Source: Verrucomicrobiia bacterium (GTDB taxonomy: Bacteria > Verrucomicrobiota > Verrucomicrobiia > Limisphaerales > UBA1319). Taken from it: 64,000 nucleotides of DNA. Of this stretch, positions 1-12,918 are shown piece by piece. The number at the start of each line of letters is the position of its first letter. The stretch's first letter is position 1. The stretch covers positions 3,392,001-3,456,000 of the forward strand of contig OY760937.1 in NCBI GenBank assembly GCA_963664225.1, written 5' to 3'. Both the position numbers and the translations under genes were made by a program. A model generated the notes under the pieces. That model ran no database searches. It was not told the DNA's origin and saw only the letters and a list, made by a program, of their open reading frames with translations.

Positions 1-2
1 CC

Positions 3-2803
<2,801 letters not shown>

Positions 2804-2820
2804 TCACGTTCGAATGAACG

Positions 2821-2890
2821 TGCCGCTCCTCTGGAGCTTGAATCGCCTGATGGGAAAATTCCTATAAACATGGCGCTCCTCTGGAGCTTG
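2821..2890. repeat. Two direct copies of a small hairpin (GCTCC-TCT-GGAGC), REP-like
   Basis: gccgctcctctggagcttg at about 2822 and gcgctcctctggagcttg at about 2873, in the convergent intergenic region after ligA. Confidence 0.7.
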
Positions 2891-2955
2891 CGCCACCCCA
2901 ACTCAAGATACATCCCCGTCATTTTCCCAGCGCCATGAGCGCGGCATAATCATAA

Positions 2956-3270
2956 TCACTTCACCAGCTTCTCGTAAATTCTTACCTTCTGGCCGACCTT
3001 GAGTCGGGTCGTGTTCAGACCGGGATTGATGGCCTTCAAGTCCGCGATAGAGATGCCAAACTTGTGTGCAATACGTGCCACGGAATCACCCTTTGCAATG
3101 ACATAAACACGAAGGTCGTAGGTTGAACCCGGCAGCGAATTCGTGGCCGACAATAATGCCGCGTCCTCTCGGATGCTTTGAGTCTGTGCCTGGCGTTCAG
3201 TGGCACAACCCGCCATAACCAGGGCAGAAAGCGCCACGGAAACAATAAGCAATGGATGTCCTATTTTCAT
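2956..3270 (-). CDS. LysM-domain lipoprotein
   Basis: Lipobox MAGC; LysM signature YVIAKGDSVARIAHKFGISIADLKAINPGL..LKVGQKVRI. Confidence 0.9.
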   Translation of the reverse strand: MKIGHPLLIVSVALSALVMAGCATERQAQTQSIREDAALLSATNSLPGSTYDLRVYVIAKGDSVARIAHKFGISIADLKAINPGLNTTRLKVGQKVRIYEKLVK

Positions 3271-3283
3271 GATGTGTGATGCG

Positions 3284-3380
3284 GTCTAACGACCCAAGTT
3301 CAGCGATCCGACGCAAGGGACGCATGGGTTGCAGCCAGTGCGCGATGGCCCGCCGCCATTCGCTGATGCGCATGTCAGGT
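3284..3380 (-). other. attC-like integron cassette recombination site (degenerate R'' box)
   Basis: Minus strand reads ACCTGAC-atgcgca-TCAGCGA...TCGCTGA-acttgggtc-GTTAGAC. The GTTRRRY end is perfect, the inner boxes are complementary, the length is 97 bp, and it lies between two short co-oriented ORFs. Confidence 0.65.
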
Positions 3381-3402
3381 GGCGTTCGTATAACCAATGA
3401 TT

Positions 3403-3588
3403 TCATGTTTGCTTCGGCCTCTTGAAGTAGAGCACATACTGAACAACTAGCCAATCGTAGCTCACGCTGACGAGTTCCCAACCTTCCTTTCCAAGATCGT
3501 CGCAGAGTTTTTTGACTCCAACGAGCTTGTTGGAACGCAGCCGGAAAATTCCTTTGACCGTTTCAATTTTGTATTCCCAGAGTGTCAT
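3403..3588 (-). CDS. DUF4177-family small protein
   Basis: WEYK...LGKEGWELVSV...YFKRP pattern. Confidence 0.85.
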   Translation of the reverse strand: MTLWEYKIETVKGIFRLRSNKLVGVKKLCDDLGKEGWELVSVSYDWLVVQYVLYFKRPKQT

Positions 3589-3785
3589 GGTGACGGGATT
3601 CCGCCTATACGGATTAATATTCTCAAACGCAGACGGAGGAAATAAACCGGGTCTCCGCTGTCTGAGTTGCGAGAATAACCCTGCATCGTATTAAAAAGCA
3701 AGACAATAGTGATTTTTGTTCGTGGCGCGACGGAAAATAGTGTCTGGGGTGATGCGAAGCGGTCCAGCATGCGCTTTACGCGTTG

Positions 3786-4481
3786 TTAAGCGCCCAATCG
3801 ATATTCCTGAAGCGTGCGCACCGAATGGGCGGCGGCATACCAATCGCACCAGATCAGTTGGAGGCGGCTGACCTCCGTTTCACCAAAGTCGAGCTGACGG
3901 TCTTCTTCAAGCAGGGAAGTCAGCCGTTTCAAATTGGCAACCGGCTTTTGAAACCGCATGGCTGTAATATGCGCGGCGGTGATTTTGTAGCGACGGTCCA
4001 ACATGCCGCCAAAGCCGCCGCGCGCGAAAGCCGCACGCAGATCGTCGCGGATTTTTGCCAGACCATCGCCCGTTGGAAATCCCTGGATGAGCACGCTGCC
4101 GGGCGCCGCCGTGACACCCTTGAAAGCAATCTTGAACGCAGGCTGGCGGCTCAATACCTCGCTGAGGATGGGACGGCAGGCGGCGAGTGAACGCATTTCC
4201 TTTCGCCAGAGTTCCGAGCCGGAGATGATGGAGAGCACGGTGACGTGGAGTTCCTCGGGACGGTAATAATATTGCCCCGGGCAAACTGTGGCCAGTCGAT
4301 CCAGGTAATCTCCCACTCTGGCTTGCACGGCTGGTGACGGGCGCAACACGAGGGTGACACACCGCCGCAAATCGGTGGTCCTGTGCGACAAGAGCGGGTC
4401 AATCTGCGGCTCGCCCCGCTCAAAAGCGGACGCGGCCTCGTTCCAAAGCCCTTCGTAAATTGCCGATGTATTAGTGGTCAT
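3786..4481 (-). CDS. 2H-phosphoesterase (2'-5' RNA ligase superfamily) protein
   Basis: Two HxT motifs (LHVTV, AHITA). Start uncertain (4481 or 4496). Confidence 0.8.
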   Translation of the reverse strand: MTTNTSAIYEGLWNEAASAFERGEPQIDPLLSHRTTDLRRCVTLVLRPSPAVQARVGDYLDRLATVCPGQYYYRPEELHVTVLSIISGSELWRKEMRSLAACRPILSEVLSRQPAFKIAFKGVTAAPGSVLIQGFPTGDGLAKIRDDLRAAFARGGFGGMLDRRYKITAAHITAMRFQKPVANLKRLTSLLEEDRQLDFGETEVSRLQLIWCDWYAAAHSVRTLQEYRLGA

Positions 4482-4832
4482 TTTCAAAACAGCCAACGTG
4501 GCTCAGTGTGGCCATTCGAGGCTGGTTGATCAACTGTGGACAGATGCACTGGTATGTATCGGGCGCAGAGTAGAAATCCAGGCGCAAAACGGACCGAGCT
4601 TGAAAGACGGAAGCAAAATCCAGAACTGCAATGCCTCGCACCCGCAGCGGCGTCCTCGACAAGGCCAAATACCAGGAACTCTGCGGGGAACAGGTGTCTG
4701 GTCAAAATCCGGCATGGGGTGAACACCCCATGGCGGTCGCATGTGTTTCCGCATAAACTGGAAGTTGGGCTTAAAAGTTATTGGCTTTTCCAAGCCGCAC
4801 CATCGGTCGAAATCCATTCAGAAGATGGAAAT

Positions 4833-6812
4833 ATGAGCAATGACCATCAATCAGGGGATATGCCCGGCCAGGACACGGAGTTTCGACGCATGGAGTTGCG
4901 GAGTGAACAGGCGATCCACGCGTCCGAACTTGGTTACCGGCGGTTATTCGAGGCAGCGCAGGTGGGCATCCTGATATTGGAAGCCGACACGGGGCGCATC
5001 ATCGACGTGAATCCCTTCCTGGTCGAGTTGCTGGGTTTTTCTCATGCCGAACTGGTCGGCGCGCCCCTCTGGGAAGTGAGCGCGTTTCGGGAGATCGTCT
5101 CCGACAAGACCGCGTTCGATTCAATACACCAGGTAGGTGGTTTTCTCTCCGAAAATCTGACTCTGAAAACGAAAAATGGGCGCATCATAACAGTGGAGTG
5201 TGTCAGCAACGTATATCAGGTCGGAGACAGGAAGGTGATGCAATGCCACATAAACGACATCACAGAACGCAAAGCGAGGGAAGCGGCGCTGCAAAACGTC
5301 GAGCAACGGTTGCGGCTCGTCTTCAGTGAGTCACCCATGGGCATCGCGCTGGTCGGCGAGGATGGCCGACCTGTGCTGACGAATGCGGCCCTGCAAAAGA
5401 TGCTCGGTTATACGGGCGAGGAATTGTGCCGGATGCCCTTCACGGTATTCACGCATCCGGATGATTGCGCGGCGGACCACGAACTTTACCAACAATTGCT
5501 CCAGGGCGCACGCAAAAGCTACCAGATGGAAAAGCGCTTCATCTGCAAAGCCGGTAAAATAGTACATGTGCGTCTGACGGTGAGTGTGGCGCGTGAGGCT
5601 GAAGACCACGCGGATTTCGCCATCGGCATGGTCGAGGATATCACAGAGCGCCGCCAGTTGGAGATGCAGTTTATCGAAGCGCAAAAGATGGAAGTAATCG
5701 GGCATCTCGCCAGCGGCGTGGCGCATGACTTCAATAATATTCTCGGGGTCATCATGGGTTACAGTGATTTGCTCAGGATGGAGCTGGGTGCGGGCAACCC
5801 ATTGCAAACCTATGCCGAAGAGATCAGGCACGCATCGGACCGTGCGGCCCGGCTGTCACAGCAATTGCTTGTCTTCAGCCGCAAACAACTGGTGCAACCC
5901 GTCGTGTTCGATCTCAATGATGTGGTGCGGGACATGGACAAAATGCTGCGAAGGCTGATTGACGAGAACATCGAAATGAACTTTGTTCCCGAAAAACAAA
6001 TCGGCCGTATCAAGGCCGATCCCGGTCATGTCGGGCAGGTGCTGATGAATCTGGTCATCAATGCCCGGGATGCCATGCCCAATGGCGGCCATCTCGACAT
6101 CGCCACCAGCAATGTCACGCTCGATGAAAATCACGCGGGCGAGGACAAGGACACAAAACCCGGGGAGTATGTGATGTTGAGCGTCAAGGACACGGGCAAT
6201 GGCATGACGGACGAAGTCAAAGCACACTTGTTTGAGGCATTTTTTACGACCAAACCACCAGGCAAAGGTACAGGACTGGGGCTTGCGACGTGCCATACCA
6301 TCGTTGAACAATGTGCCGGCCACATCGAATTTTTCAGTGAAGTGGGCAAAGGCACGACCTTCAGAGTTTATTTTCCACGGGCCTATCAACCATTGAACTC
6401 CAGCACGAGGATTTTAAAAGACGGGCCGCTGCCGCGCGGAACGGAGACCCTGCTGGTCGTGGAAGACGATCCCGCCGTGCGGCATCTGGCGGCCGACGTG
6501 TTGAAAGCCCAGGGGTACATCGTCCTGCGGGCTGCGAACGGTCAGGATGCATTGCGCATTGTGAATGAACACAAAGGATCACAGGTCAGCCTGGTGATCA
6601 CCGATGTCATCATGCCGCTGATGGGCGGCAAAGTGATGGCAGAGTGGCTCAAGACAACCAATCCCGATATTAAAATCCTCTTCACTTCGGGCTACACGGA
6701 TGACGCCATCGCTCATCATGGCGTGATTGAATCGGACGTTTCGTTCCTGCCCAAACCATACACTCCGGGAATCCTCGCCCGAAGGGTCCGCGAAATGATC
6801 GATGCCGCATGA
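4833..6812 (+). CDS. Cytoplasmic PAS-PAS hybrid histidine kinase with C-terminal receiver
   Basis: PAS/PAC (DITERK), H-box AHDFNN, NARDAM, GTGLGL, receiver VEDD..TDVIMP..FLPKPY. Start inferred at ATG 4833. Confidence 0.92.
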   Translation: MSNDHQSGDMPGQDTEFRRMELRSEQAIHASELGYRRLFEAAQVGILILEADTGRIIDVNPFLVELLGFSHAELVGAPLWEVSAFREIVSDKTAFDSIHQVGGFLSENLTLKTKNGRIITVECVSNVYQVGDRKVMQCHINDITERKAREAALQNVEQRLRLVFSESPMGIALVGEDGRPVLTNAALQKMLGYTGEELCRMPFTVFTHPDDCAADHELYQQLLQGARKSYQMEKRFICKAGKIVHVRLTVSVAREAEDHADFAIGMVEDITERRQLEMQFIEAQKMEVIGHLASGVAHDFNNILGVIMGYSDLLRMELGAGNPLQTYAEEIRHASDRAARLSQQLLVFSRKQLVQPVVFDLNDVVRDMDKMLRRLIDENIEMNFVPEKQIGRIKADPGHVGQVLMNLVINARDAMPNGGHLDIATSNVTLDENHAGEDKDTKPGEYVMLSVKDTGNGMTDEVKAHLFEAFFTTKPPGKGTGLGLATCHTIVEQCAGHIEFFSEVGKGTTFRVYFPRAYQPLNSSTRILKDGPLPRGTETLLVVEDDPAVRHLAADVLKAQGYIVLRAANGQDALRIVNEHKGSQVSLVITDVIMPLMGGKVMAEWLKTTNPDIKILFTSGYTDDAIAHHGVIESDVSFLPKPYTPGILARRVREMIDAA

Positions 6813-6826
6813 GTTGAGCCGCCTGT

Positions 6827-9800
6827 ATGTTCAAGCCCCCTGAATTGTCGGCCAGCCGCACGACCTGGAATCGGATCACGTTCCGCATTCTTATCCCACT
6901 GGTTCTGATGCTGGTCGTGTTGCAGGCGACCTTTGCGTTCTCAGTCTGGCGTATTCAACAGAAGCAACTGTCCGCGGCCACGGAACTCTCGACGCGGGAG
7001 GTGGAGCGATTGCTGCACGCCGAAGAAAGTCAAAAAATTGCCTTTTTGAAGTCGATCCTGGAAGCCGTCATGAACGACGAACAAATGGGCGAGGCGTTTC
7101 AGCGACATGACCGCGCGGCGTTGCTGGAACGCGCCGGTCCGTTGTTCGCTTCGCTTAAATCCGGGCATGCCATCACACAATTTTATTTTTATCTTCCCGA
7201 CCGGACGGTGCTGTTGCGGATGCATGATCCCGGGGTCAGTGGCGATAGGATTGACCGCAAGACGCTGCTGGCGGCGGAACGGACGGGACGGGCTTCAGCG
7301 GGCATCGAGTTTGGTTTGAACGGCGTTTACACCCTCCGGGTTGTTTCCCCATGGCGTCAGGCCGGGAAGTTGCTGGGTTACCTCGAAATGGGCGTGGTAT
7401 TTGAATCCATCACCCGGGACATCCATAACCAATTGGATGAGGACGTGGATTTTGTGGTGGTGGTGGACAAAAAACATCTGGATCGGCAGCAATGGGCCGA
7501 GGCTGCAAAACGCGCCGGGCGGGCGGATGATTGGAATCGATTCCCGAATATGGTCCTGATCGTCAATACGACAGAGACACTTTCACAACTCGCGGTCGAT
7601 TATCTTCTGGCGACAAATTGGACGAAAAGTTCCTGGCAGGAGGGCAATTCCCGGGCGGTCCTTCTCCCGCTGACCGATTTCAATGGTGAAGCTCCCGGCC
7701 AGTTGATCGTGATTCAAGATGTGGCGGAACAGGTGGCGGCAACGGGCCGATCTCTCCGTTTCGTTTTGATGTTTAACATCATTGTGGGCGCGGTGGTGCT
7801 CGGTTTCTTTTATTACTTCCTGGTGGGCGTCGAGAAGGACCTGTTGGATCGGACCATGGAGTTGCGGCGGAAGACGGCCTTCCTCGAAGCCCAGGTGAAT
7901 TCCTCCATGGATGGCATATTAATGGTCGATAATAATGGCAGTGTTGCCATTGAAAACCGCCGTTTTGTTGACTTGCTAAAAATTCCACCGCATGTCGCTC
8001 AGGAGAAAACGAGCGAGAACCCGATCCATTGGGTTGCGGACATGGCCCAACATCCGGAGCAGTTTCACAAAAGAGTCACTTACCTTCATGATCACCCGGA
8101 CGAAGCCAGCCATGATGAAATCGAGCTTAAGAACGGGATGGTGCTGGAGCAATACACGGCTGCCGTTGTTGGGGAGGACGGGAAACGCCATGGTCGAATC
8201 TGGAATTTGCGCGACATTACCTGGCGCAAGGAGGCGCAAGAGGCGTTGCGCGCATCAAAGCGGATCCTTGAGGGGATCATCAACGCAATACCCGCGAGGA
8301 TATTCTGGAAGGATGAGAATCTGGTTTACCTGGGTTGCAACTCGGTATTTGCACGTGATGCGGGGTTTGCCGATCCGAAAGACATCATCGGGAAAGACGA
8401 TTACCAGATGGGCTGGCGTGATCAGGCGGAATTGTATCGCAAAGACGACTATCAGGTGATCGAGAGTGGCAACTCCAGGTTGCTCACCGAAGAGCCCCAG
8501 ACGACTCCGGAAGGGAACACCATCACGCTACTGACGAGCAAGGTGCCTCTGCGCAATTCCAGCGGGGAAATCTGTGGGATCATCGGGATGTATATGGATA
8601 TCACTCCGCGCAAGAGAGCCGAGGAAGCATTGTTGGAAACCGAATCCCGTCTCGCTCACGCCATGAACATGGCGCAGTTGGTGGCCTGGGAGTATGACGT
8701 GGACCGCGGACTTTTCACCTTCAGCGATCGCTACTACGTTTTTCAAGGTACCACCGCCGAATTGGAAGGCGGCTACCAGATGTCCGCCAGGGATTTTGCC
8801 AGGAAATACGTCGTTCCGGAAGATGCACACCTGGTGGCCGATGAAATTGCCAACGCCGTTGCCACGACGGATCCGAATTACCAAAAGGTAATCGAGAGTC
8901 GCATTCTTCGCCGGGACGGCACGATTCGATATGTGCTCGTAAACATTTCGATTACCAAAGATGCCGCAGGGCGGACCATTCAGATCCATGGCGCCAACCA
9001 GGACATTACGGAGCGCAAACAGCTCGAAACCCGAGTGCTCCAATCCCAGAAGATGGAAACCGTGGGCAAGCTGGCTGGCGGTGTCGCCCACGAGTTTAAC
9101 AGCATTCTGACGGCCATCATCGGCCAGAGCGAATTGCTTCTGGAAGACCTTCCCGCCGGGAGCCCGTTGATGAAAAATGCCACCGAAATCTGCGAAGCGG
9201 CCCGTCGGGCCGCCTCAGTGACCCAGCAGCTCCTGGCCTACGGCCGCAAGCAAATGCTCCGACCGGAGATCCTCGATCTGAATCGGGTCATCGCGGACAT
9301 TTCCCGTATGTTGCACCATTTCTTGGGGAAAGATGTGGATGTGCATATTGTTCCGGCTGCAGACCTGCATGCGGTGGAGGTGGATGCCGGACAAATTGAG
9401 CAAGTGATCATGAACCTGGCAATCAACGCGCGCGATGCCATGCCCACCGGCGGCAAACTCACGTTGGAAACCGCCAACGTCTCATTCGATCCGGAGACCG
9501 TGGGCCGGTATCCCGAATTAAAACCAGGAGACTATGCGATGCTGGCCATCACAGACACCGGCACGGGCATGAGCGCCGAGACAAAAAAACACCTTTTCGA
9601 GCCGTTTTTTTCAACAAAAGATGTTGGACAGGGCACCGGATTGGGGCTGTCCACCTGCTATGGCATTATCAAACAAAGCGGCGGGCACATCAGCGTTTAT
9701 AGCGAGCCGGGGCGGGGCACGATTTTCAAAATATATCTCCCGCAAGTCGGACAGAAGCCGAACAATCGCCTGCCGCGTCTTGACTCGGATTTGCCGCGCG

Positions 9801-10189
9801 GAACGGAAACCATTCTGCTGGTGGAGGATGATCGAGCATTGCGGGAAATGGCGACGACCCTGTTAATACGCTTGGGTTACAAAGTTTTGGCGGCAGCCGA
9901 TGGCATCGAAGCCTTGAGACTGAAGCTGCAGCACGGCGGCGGACACATCGATTTGTTATTCACGGATGTCGTCATGCCGCACATGACCGGCAAGGAGCTG
10001 GCTGATCGTTTGAAAATGTCGAGTCCAGACACGCGGGTTCTTTACACCTCCGCATTCACTTCAAATGCCATCGTCCACCAAGGCGTGTTGGACAAAGGCG
10101 TGGCGCTGCTGCAGAAACCGTTCACGCCGTCCGCGCTGGCTCAAAAATTACGCGAAGTGCTAAACGGACCGGCGGATCTGAAAGCTTAA
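6827..10189 (+). CDS. Membrane-bound hybrid histidine kinase (periplasmic Cache-like sensor, three PAS, HK, receiver)
   Basis: Two TM segments flanking a periplasmic domain; PAS/PAC repeats; AHEFNS H-box, GTGLGL, receiver VEDD..TDVVMP. Confidence 0.92.
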   Translation: MFKPPELSASRTTWNRITFRILIPLVLMLVVLQATFAFSVWRIQQKQLSAATELSTREVERLLHAEESQKIAFLKSILEAVMNDEQMGEAFQRHDRAALLERAGPLFASLKSGHAITQFYFYLPDRTVLLRMHDPGVSGDRIDRKTLLAAERTGRASAGIEFGLNGVYTLRVVSPWRQAGKLLGYLEMGVVFESITRDIHNQLDEDVDFVVVVDKKHLDRQQWAEAAKRAGRADDWNRFPNMVLIVNTTETLSQLAVDYLLATNWTKSSWQEGNSRAVLLPLTDFNGEAPGQLIVIQDVAEQVAATGRSLRFVLMFNIIVGAVVLGFFYYFLVGVEKDLLDRTMELRRKTAFLEAQVNSSMDGILMVDNNGSVAIENRRFVDLLKIPPHVAQEKTSENPIHWVADMAQHPEQFHKRVTYLHDHPDEASHDEIELKNGMVLEQYTAAVVGEDGKRHGRIWNLRDITWRKEAQEALRASKRILEGIINAIPARIFWKDENLVYLGCNSVFARDAGFADPKDIIGKDDYQMGWRDQAELYRKDDYQVIESGNSRLLTEEPQTTPEGNTITLLTSKVPLRNSSGEICGIIGMYMDITPRKRAEEALLETESRLAHAMNMAQLVAWEYDVDRGLFTFSDRYYVFQGTTAELEGGYQMSARDFARKYVVPEDAHLVADEIANAVATTDPNYQKVIESRILRRDGTIRYVLVNISITKDAAGRTIQIHGANQDITERKQLETRVLQSQKMETVGKLAGGVAHEFNSILTAIIGQSELLLEDLPAGSPLMKNATEICEAARRAASVTQQLLAYGRKQMLRPEILDLNRVIADISRMLHHFLGKDVDVHIVPAADLHAVEVDAGQIEQVIMNLAINARDAMPTGGKLTLETANVSFDPETVGRYPELKPGDYAMLAITDTGTGMSAETKKHLFEPFFSTKDVGQGTGLGLSTCYGIIKQSGGHISVYSEPGRGTIFKIYLPQVGQKPNNRLPRLDSDLPRGTETILLVEDDRALREMATTLLIRLGYKVLAAADGIEALRLKLQHGGGHIDLLFTDVVMPHMTGKELADRLKMSSPDTRVLYTSAFTSNAIVHQGVLDKGVALLQKPFTPSALAQKLREVLNGPADLKA

Positions 10190-10245
10190 GACGTTCTTAA
10201 AATCCCCCTGTCGTTTTATCCAAATGAGGGTATAATGGCCGGACG

Positions 10246-11427
10246 ATGACGCAAAGGCGATTGGATAAAAAGGGCAATGGTGGATTGAGTGGGTTTTCCA
10301 CACGGGCGGTGCATGCGGGCCACGGTTTCGAGGGAAACACGGGCGCCGTGATGCCCCCGGTGTACCTGACCTCGACCTTCGAGAGCGGCAATGCCGATGG
10401 ATTCGACTACACACGTTCGGGGAATCCCAATTTCAGGATTCTCGATGAGTGCATGGCGTCGTGGGAAGGGGCGCGTTTTGCAACCTGTTTTGCCAGCGGC
10501 GTTTCCGCCATCACGGCTGTGGTATCCAGTCTCAAGAGCGGCGACCTGATCCTGGCCGAGGAGAATCTCTACGGCTGCACCTATCGGATGTTCGAGCGCG
10601 TGTTCGCCAAGTTCGGCTTGCGCGTTCTTTACGCCGATCTTTCAAAGAAGGACAACTGGGAGTTGATCGCGCGGGAGCATCCGACATTGGTGTGGCTGGA
10701 GAGCCCGACGAACCCGCTTTTGAAGATTATCGATATTGCCGGCATCGCCGAAGTGGCCAGGAAAGCGGCAGTGGAGACCCTTGTGGACAACACCTTCGCC
10801 TCGCCCTATCTGCAACGTCCGCTGGAGCTGGGCGCGACGCTTTCGCTCAGTTCGACCACCAAGTATATAAATGGCCACAGCGATTGCCTGGGCGGCGTTG
10901 TGGCGACCGACAGCGCCGATTGGCACGACCGGATGGTGTTCGCTCAAAAAGCGCTGGGGCTGCAACCGGGTCCATTCGATGCGTGGCTGACCACGCGCGG
11001 GCAGCGAACGCTGGCCTTGCGCATGGAACGGCATTGCGACAACGCGCTACGGTTGGCCCAGTGGCTGGAGACGCAGACGGGGGTGGGCCAGGTGCGGCAT
11101 CCCTTCCTGGCCAGTCATCCGCAGCATGCATTGGCGAAACGGCAGATGTCGGGAGGGTCGGGACTTTTCACGGCGGAACTGGATTGTTCCATCGAGGCGG
11201 CGCTGGAGTTTTGTCGGCGCTTGAAATTATTCACTTTGGCCGAGAGCCTGGGTGGTGTGGAGAGTTTGATCTGTCATCCGGCGACCATGACGCACGCCTC
11301 CGTGCCGGCTGAAGTGCGGAGGAAAGTGGGAATCACGGACGGGTTGCTGCGGTTTTCCGTTGGGATAGAGGATTTCGAGGATTTGCGGGCGGATATCGAA
11401 CAGGCGCTGGAAGGGGTGAAGGCATGA
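10246..11427 (+). CDS. Cys/Met metabolism PLP enzyme (cystathionine gamma-synthase/lyase family)
   Basis: YTRSGNP, ESPTNP, DNTFASP, STTKYINGHSD (PLP Lys), AESLGGVESL. Confidence 0.93.
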   Translation: MTQRRLDKKGNGGLSGFSTRAVHAGHGFEGNTGAVMPPVYLTSTFESGNADGFDYTRSGNPNFRILDECMASWEGARFATCFASGVSAITAVVSSLKSGDLILAEENLYGCTYRMFERVFAKFGLRVLYADLSKKDNWELIAREHPTLVWLESPTNPLLKIIDIAGIAEVARKAAVETLVDNTFASPYLQRPLELGATLSLSSTTKYINGHSDCLGGVVATDSADWHDRMVFAQKALGLQPGPFDAWLTTRGQRTLALRMERHCDNALRLAQWLETQTGVGQVRHPFLASHPQHALAKRQMSGGSGLFTAELDCSIEAALEFCRRLKLFTLAESLGGVESLICHPATMTHASVPAEVRRKVGITDGLLRFSVGIEDFEDLRADIEQALEGVKA

Positions 11428-12887
11428 ACGCACAAGATTTGATCCAACATCCACTGTCCACGGGCGAGACCCTGGGACACGCGTTGCCCGAATCCACTCA
11501 CGCCGTGTCGATGTCGCTGCCCCGGTGGAGCGATGTGGTCGGCTACGAAGAGCATAAATCGGAGGTCTGGTCGCACATCAAAATCGGTTATCCCCGGTTT
11601 GTTTATCATCCGCTGGTGCAGGCGTTGATCCAGCGTCTCGATGCAGGTCCGCACTGTCTGCCTTTTCCCTCGGAGCGCGTTGCGAAATTGTGCGTGGCCT
11701 ATATTGAACGGGCCACTGGAGAACCGGCGCGGGTTGTGGTGGTCGGTGGCATCCGGGGGACAAGCACCACGGAGGCCGGGGCGGTGGCGCTGCGGTCCTT
11801 CTGGCAACAGACGGGCCTGATTGTCTCCAGCCGCCACGCGGAGGCACTGCTGGAGGGACGCCCGCAGGATTCCGATGCCAGGGATGCGCGGGATTCGGTG
11901 CGGTGGCAGTTGGCGGGGCTGTATGACTGCAATCCTGACGACGTGTTTTTGACGCCCTCGGGGATGGCGGCGCATTATGCGGCCCTGCGCGCGGTCAATA
12001 CCTGGCGGCCCGGACGGCCCACGGCGCAACTGGGATTTCCATACGCGGACACCTTGAAGCTGCAGCAGAAATTCGGTTTTGGGGCGCATTTGCTTCACAA
12101 CCTGCCAACCATTCCGCAGGATTTGAAACAGTTGATCACGGCGCATTCCGTGGCGGCCTGTTTTTGCGAAATTCCCGGCAATCCGCTGCTTGGTTCCGCC
12201 GACATACCGGCCATCACGCCCATGTTGCGCGAGCATCGGGTGCCGCTGGTGATCGACGACGTGGTGGCCACGCCGTTGAATATCGACACGCGTCCCCATG
12301 CCGCGCTGATTGCGACGAGCCTGACGAAATTCATCTCGGGCACCTGCGACGTGATGGGTGGGGCGCTCATCTGCAATCCCGCCTCCCCGTTTTTCCGCGA
12401 GCTCAAGCCGATCCTGCGCGCGGGGCACGAGGAATTGCTGTGGGGCGCGGACGCCCGGGTGCTTGCGGACCAGGCGCGCGGTTTTCCGGAGCGCATGCGC
12501 CGTCATAACGCCAATGGCCTGTTCCTGGCGGAAAAGCTGCGGGCGCATCCCAACATTGAGCGGGTGTGGTATCCGAAATGGGAATGCGCGGACGCTTACG
12601 AGGCGCTGCGTCGGCCGGATGGCGGCTATGGCGCGCTGCTGGCCTTCCTGCCCCGCAATGCCGCCGAGACGTCGCCGCGGATTTTCGATGCCATGGATGT
12701 TTGCAAAGGGCCGAGCCTGGGCACGATATTCACGCTGGCCTGCCCCTTCACGCTGCTGGCCCATTACAACGAATTGAACTGGGCCGAAGCCTGCGGTGTT
12801 CCCCGGAATTTGATCCGCATATCCACCGGCCTGGAGGATCCCGGGGACCTCTGGCGGCGCATGGAGCGGGCGCTTGAATTGAAGTGA
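11424..12887 (+). CDS. Cystathionine gamma-synthase, fungal Str2/Met-7-like long form
   Basis: N-terminal HAVSMSLPRW..VGYEE..GYPRFVYHP, CEIPGNPL, TSLTKFISG, KGPSLGT; ATGA overlap with the upstream gene. Confidence 0.82.
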   Translation: MNAQDLIQHPLSTGETLGHALPESTHAVSMSLPRWSDVVGYEEHKSEVWSHIKIGYPRFVYHPLVQALIQRLDAGPHCLPFPSERVAKLCVAYIERATGEPARVVVVGGIRGTSTTEAGAVALRSFWQQTGLIVSSRHAEALLEGRPQDSDARDARDSVRWQLAGLYDCNPDDVFLTPSGMAAHYAALRAVNTWRPGRPTAQLGFPYADTLKLQQKFGFGAHLLHNLPTIPQDLKQLITAHSVAACFCEIPGNPLLGSADIPAITPMLREHRVPLVIDDVVATPLNIDTRPHAALIATSLTKFISGTCDVMGGALICNPASPFFRELKPILRAGHEELLWGADARVLADQARGFPERMRRHNANGLFLAEKLRAHPNIERVWYPKWECADAYEALRRPDGGYGALLAFLPRNAAETSPRIFDAMDVCKGPSLGTIFTLACPFTLLAHYNELNWAEACGVPRNLIRISTGLEDPGDLWRRMERALELK

Positions 12888-12918
12888 CACCGGGCCGGGC
12901 GCACCCTAAACGTGACGG

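Noticed and set aside
10190..10245. SAM riboswitch ahead of the Met/Cys operon
   Set aside because: The gap is only about 56 bp and has no riboswitch consensus; it contains a TATAAT -10-like hexamer instead.
11274..12890. 538-aa minus-strand ORF
   Set aside because: Antisense shadow of the PLP enzyme genes in GC-rich DNA; no recognisable motifs.
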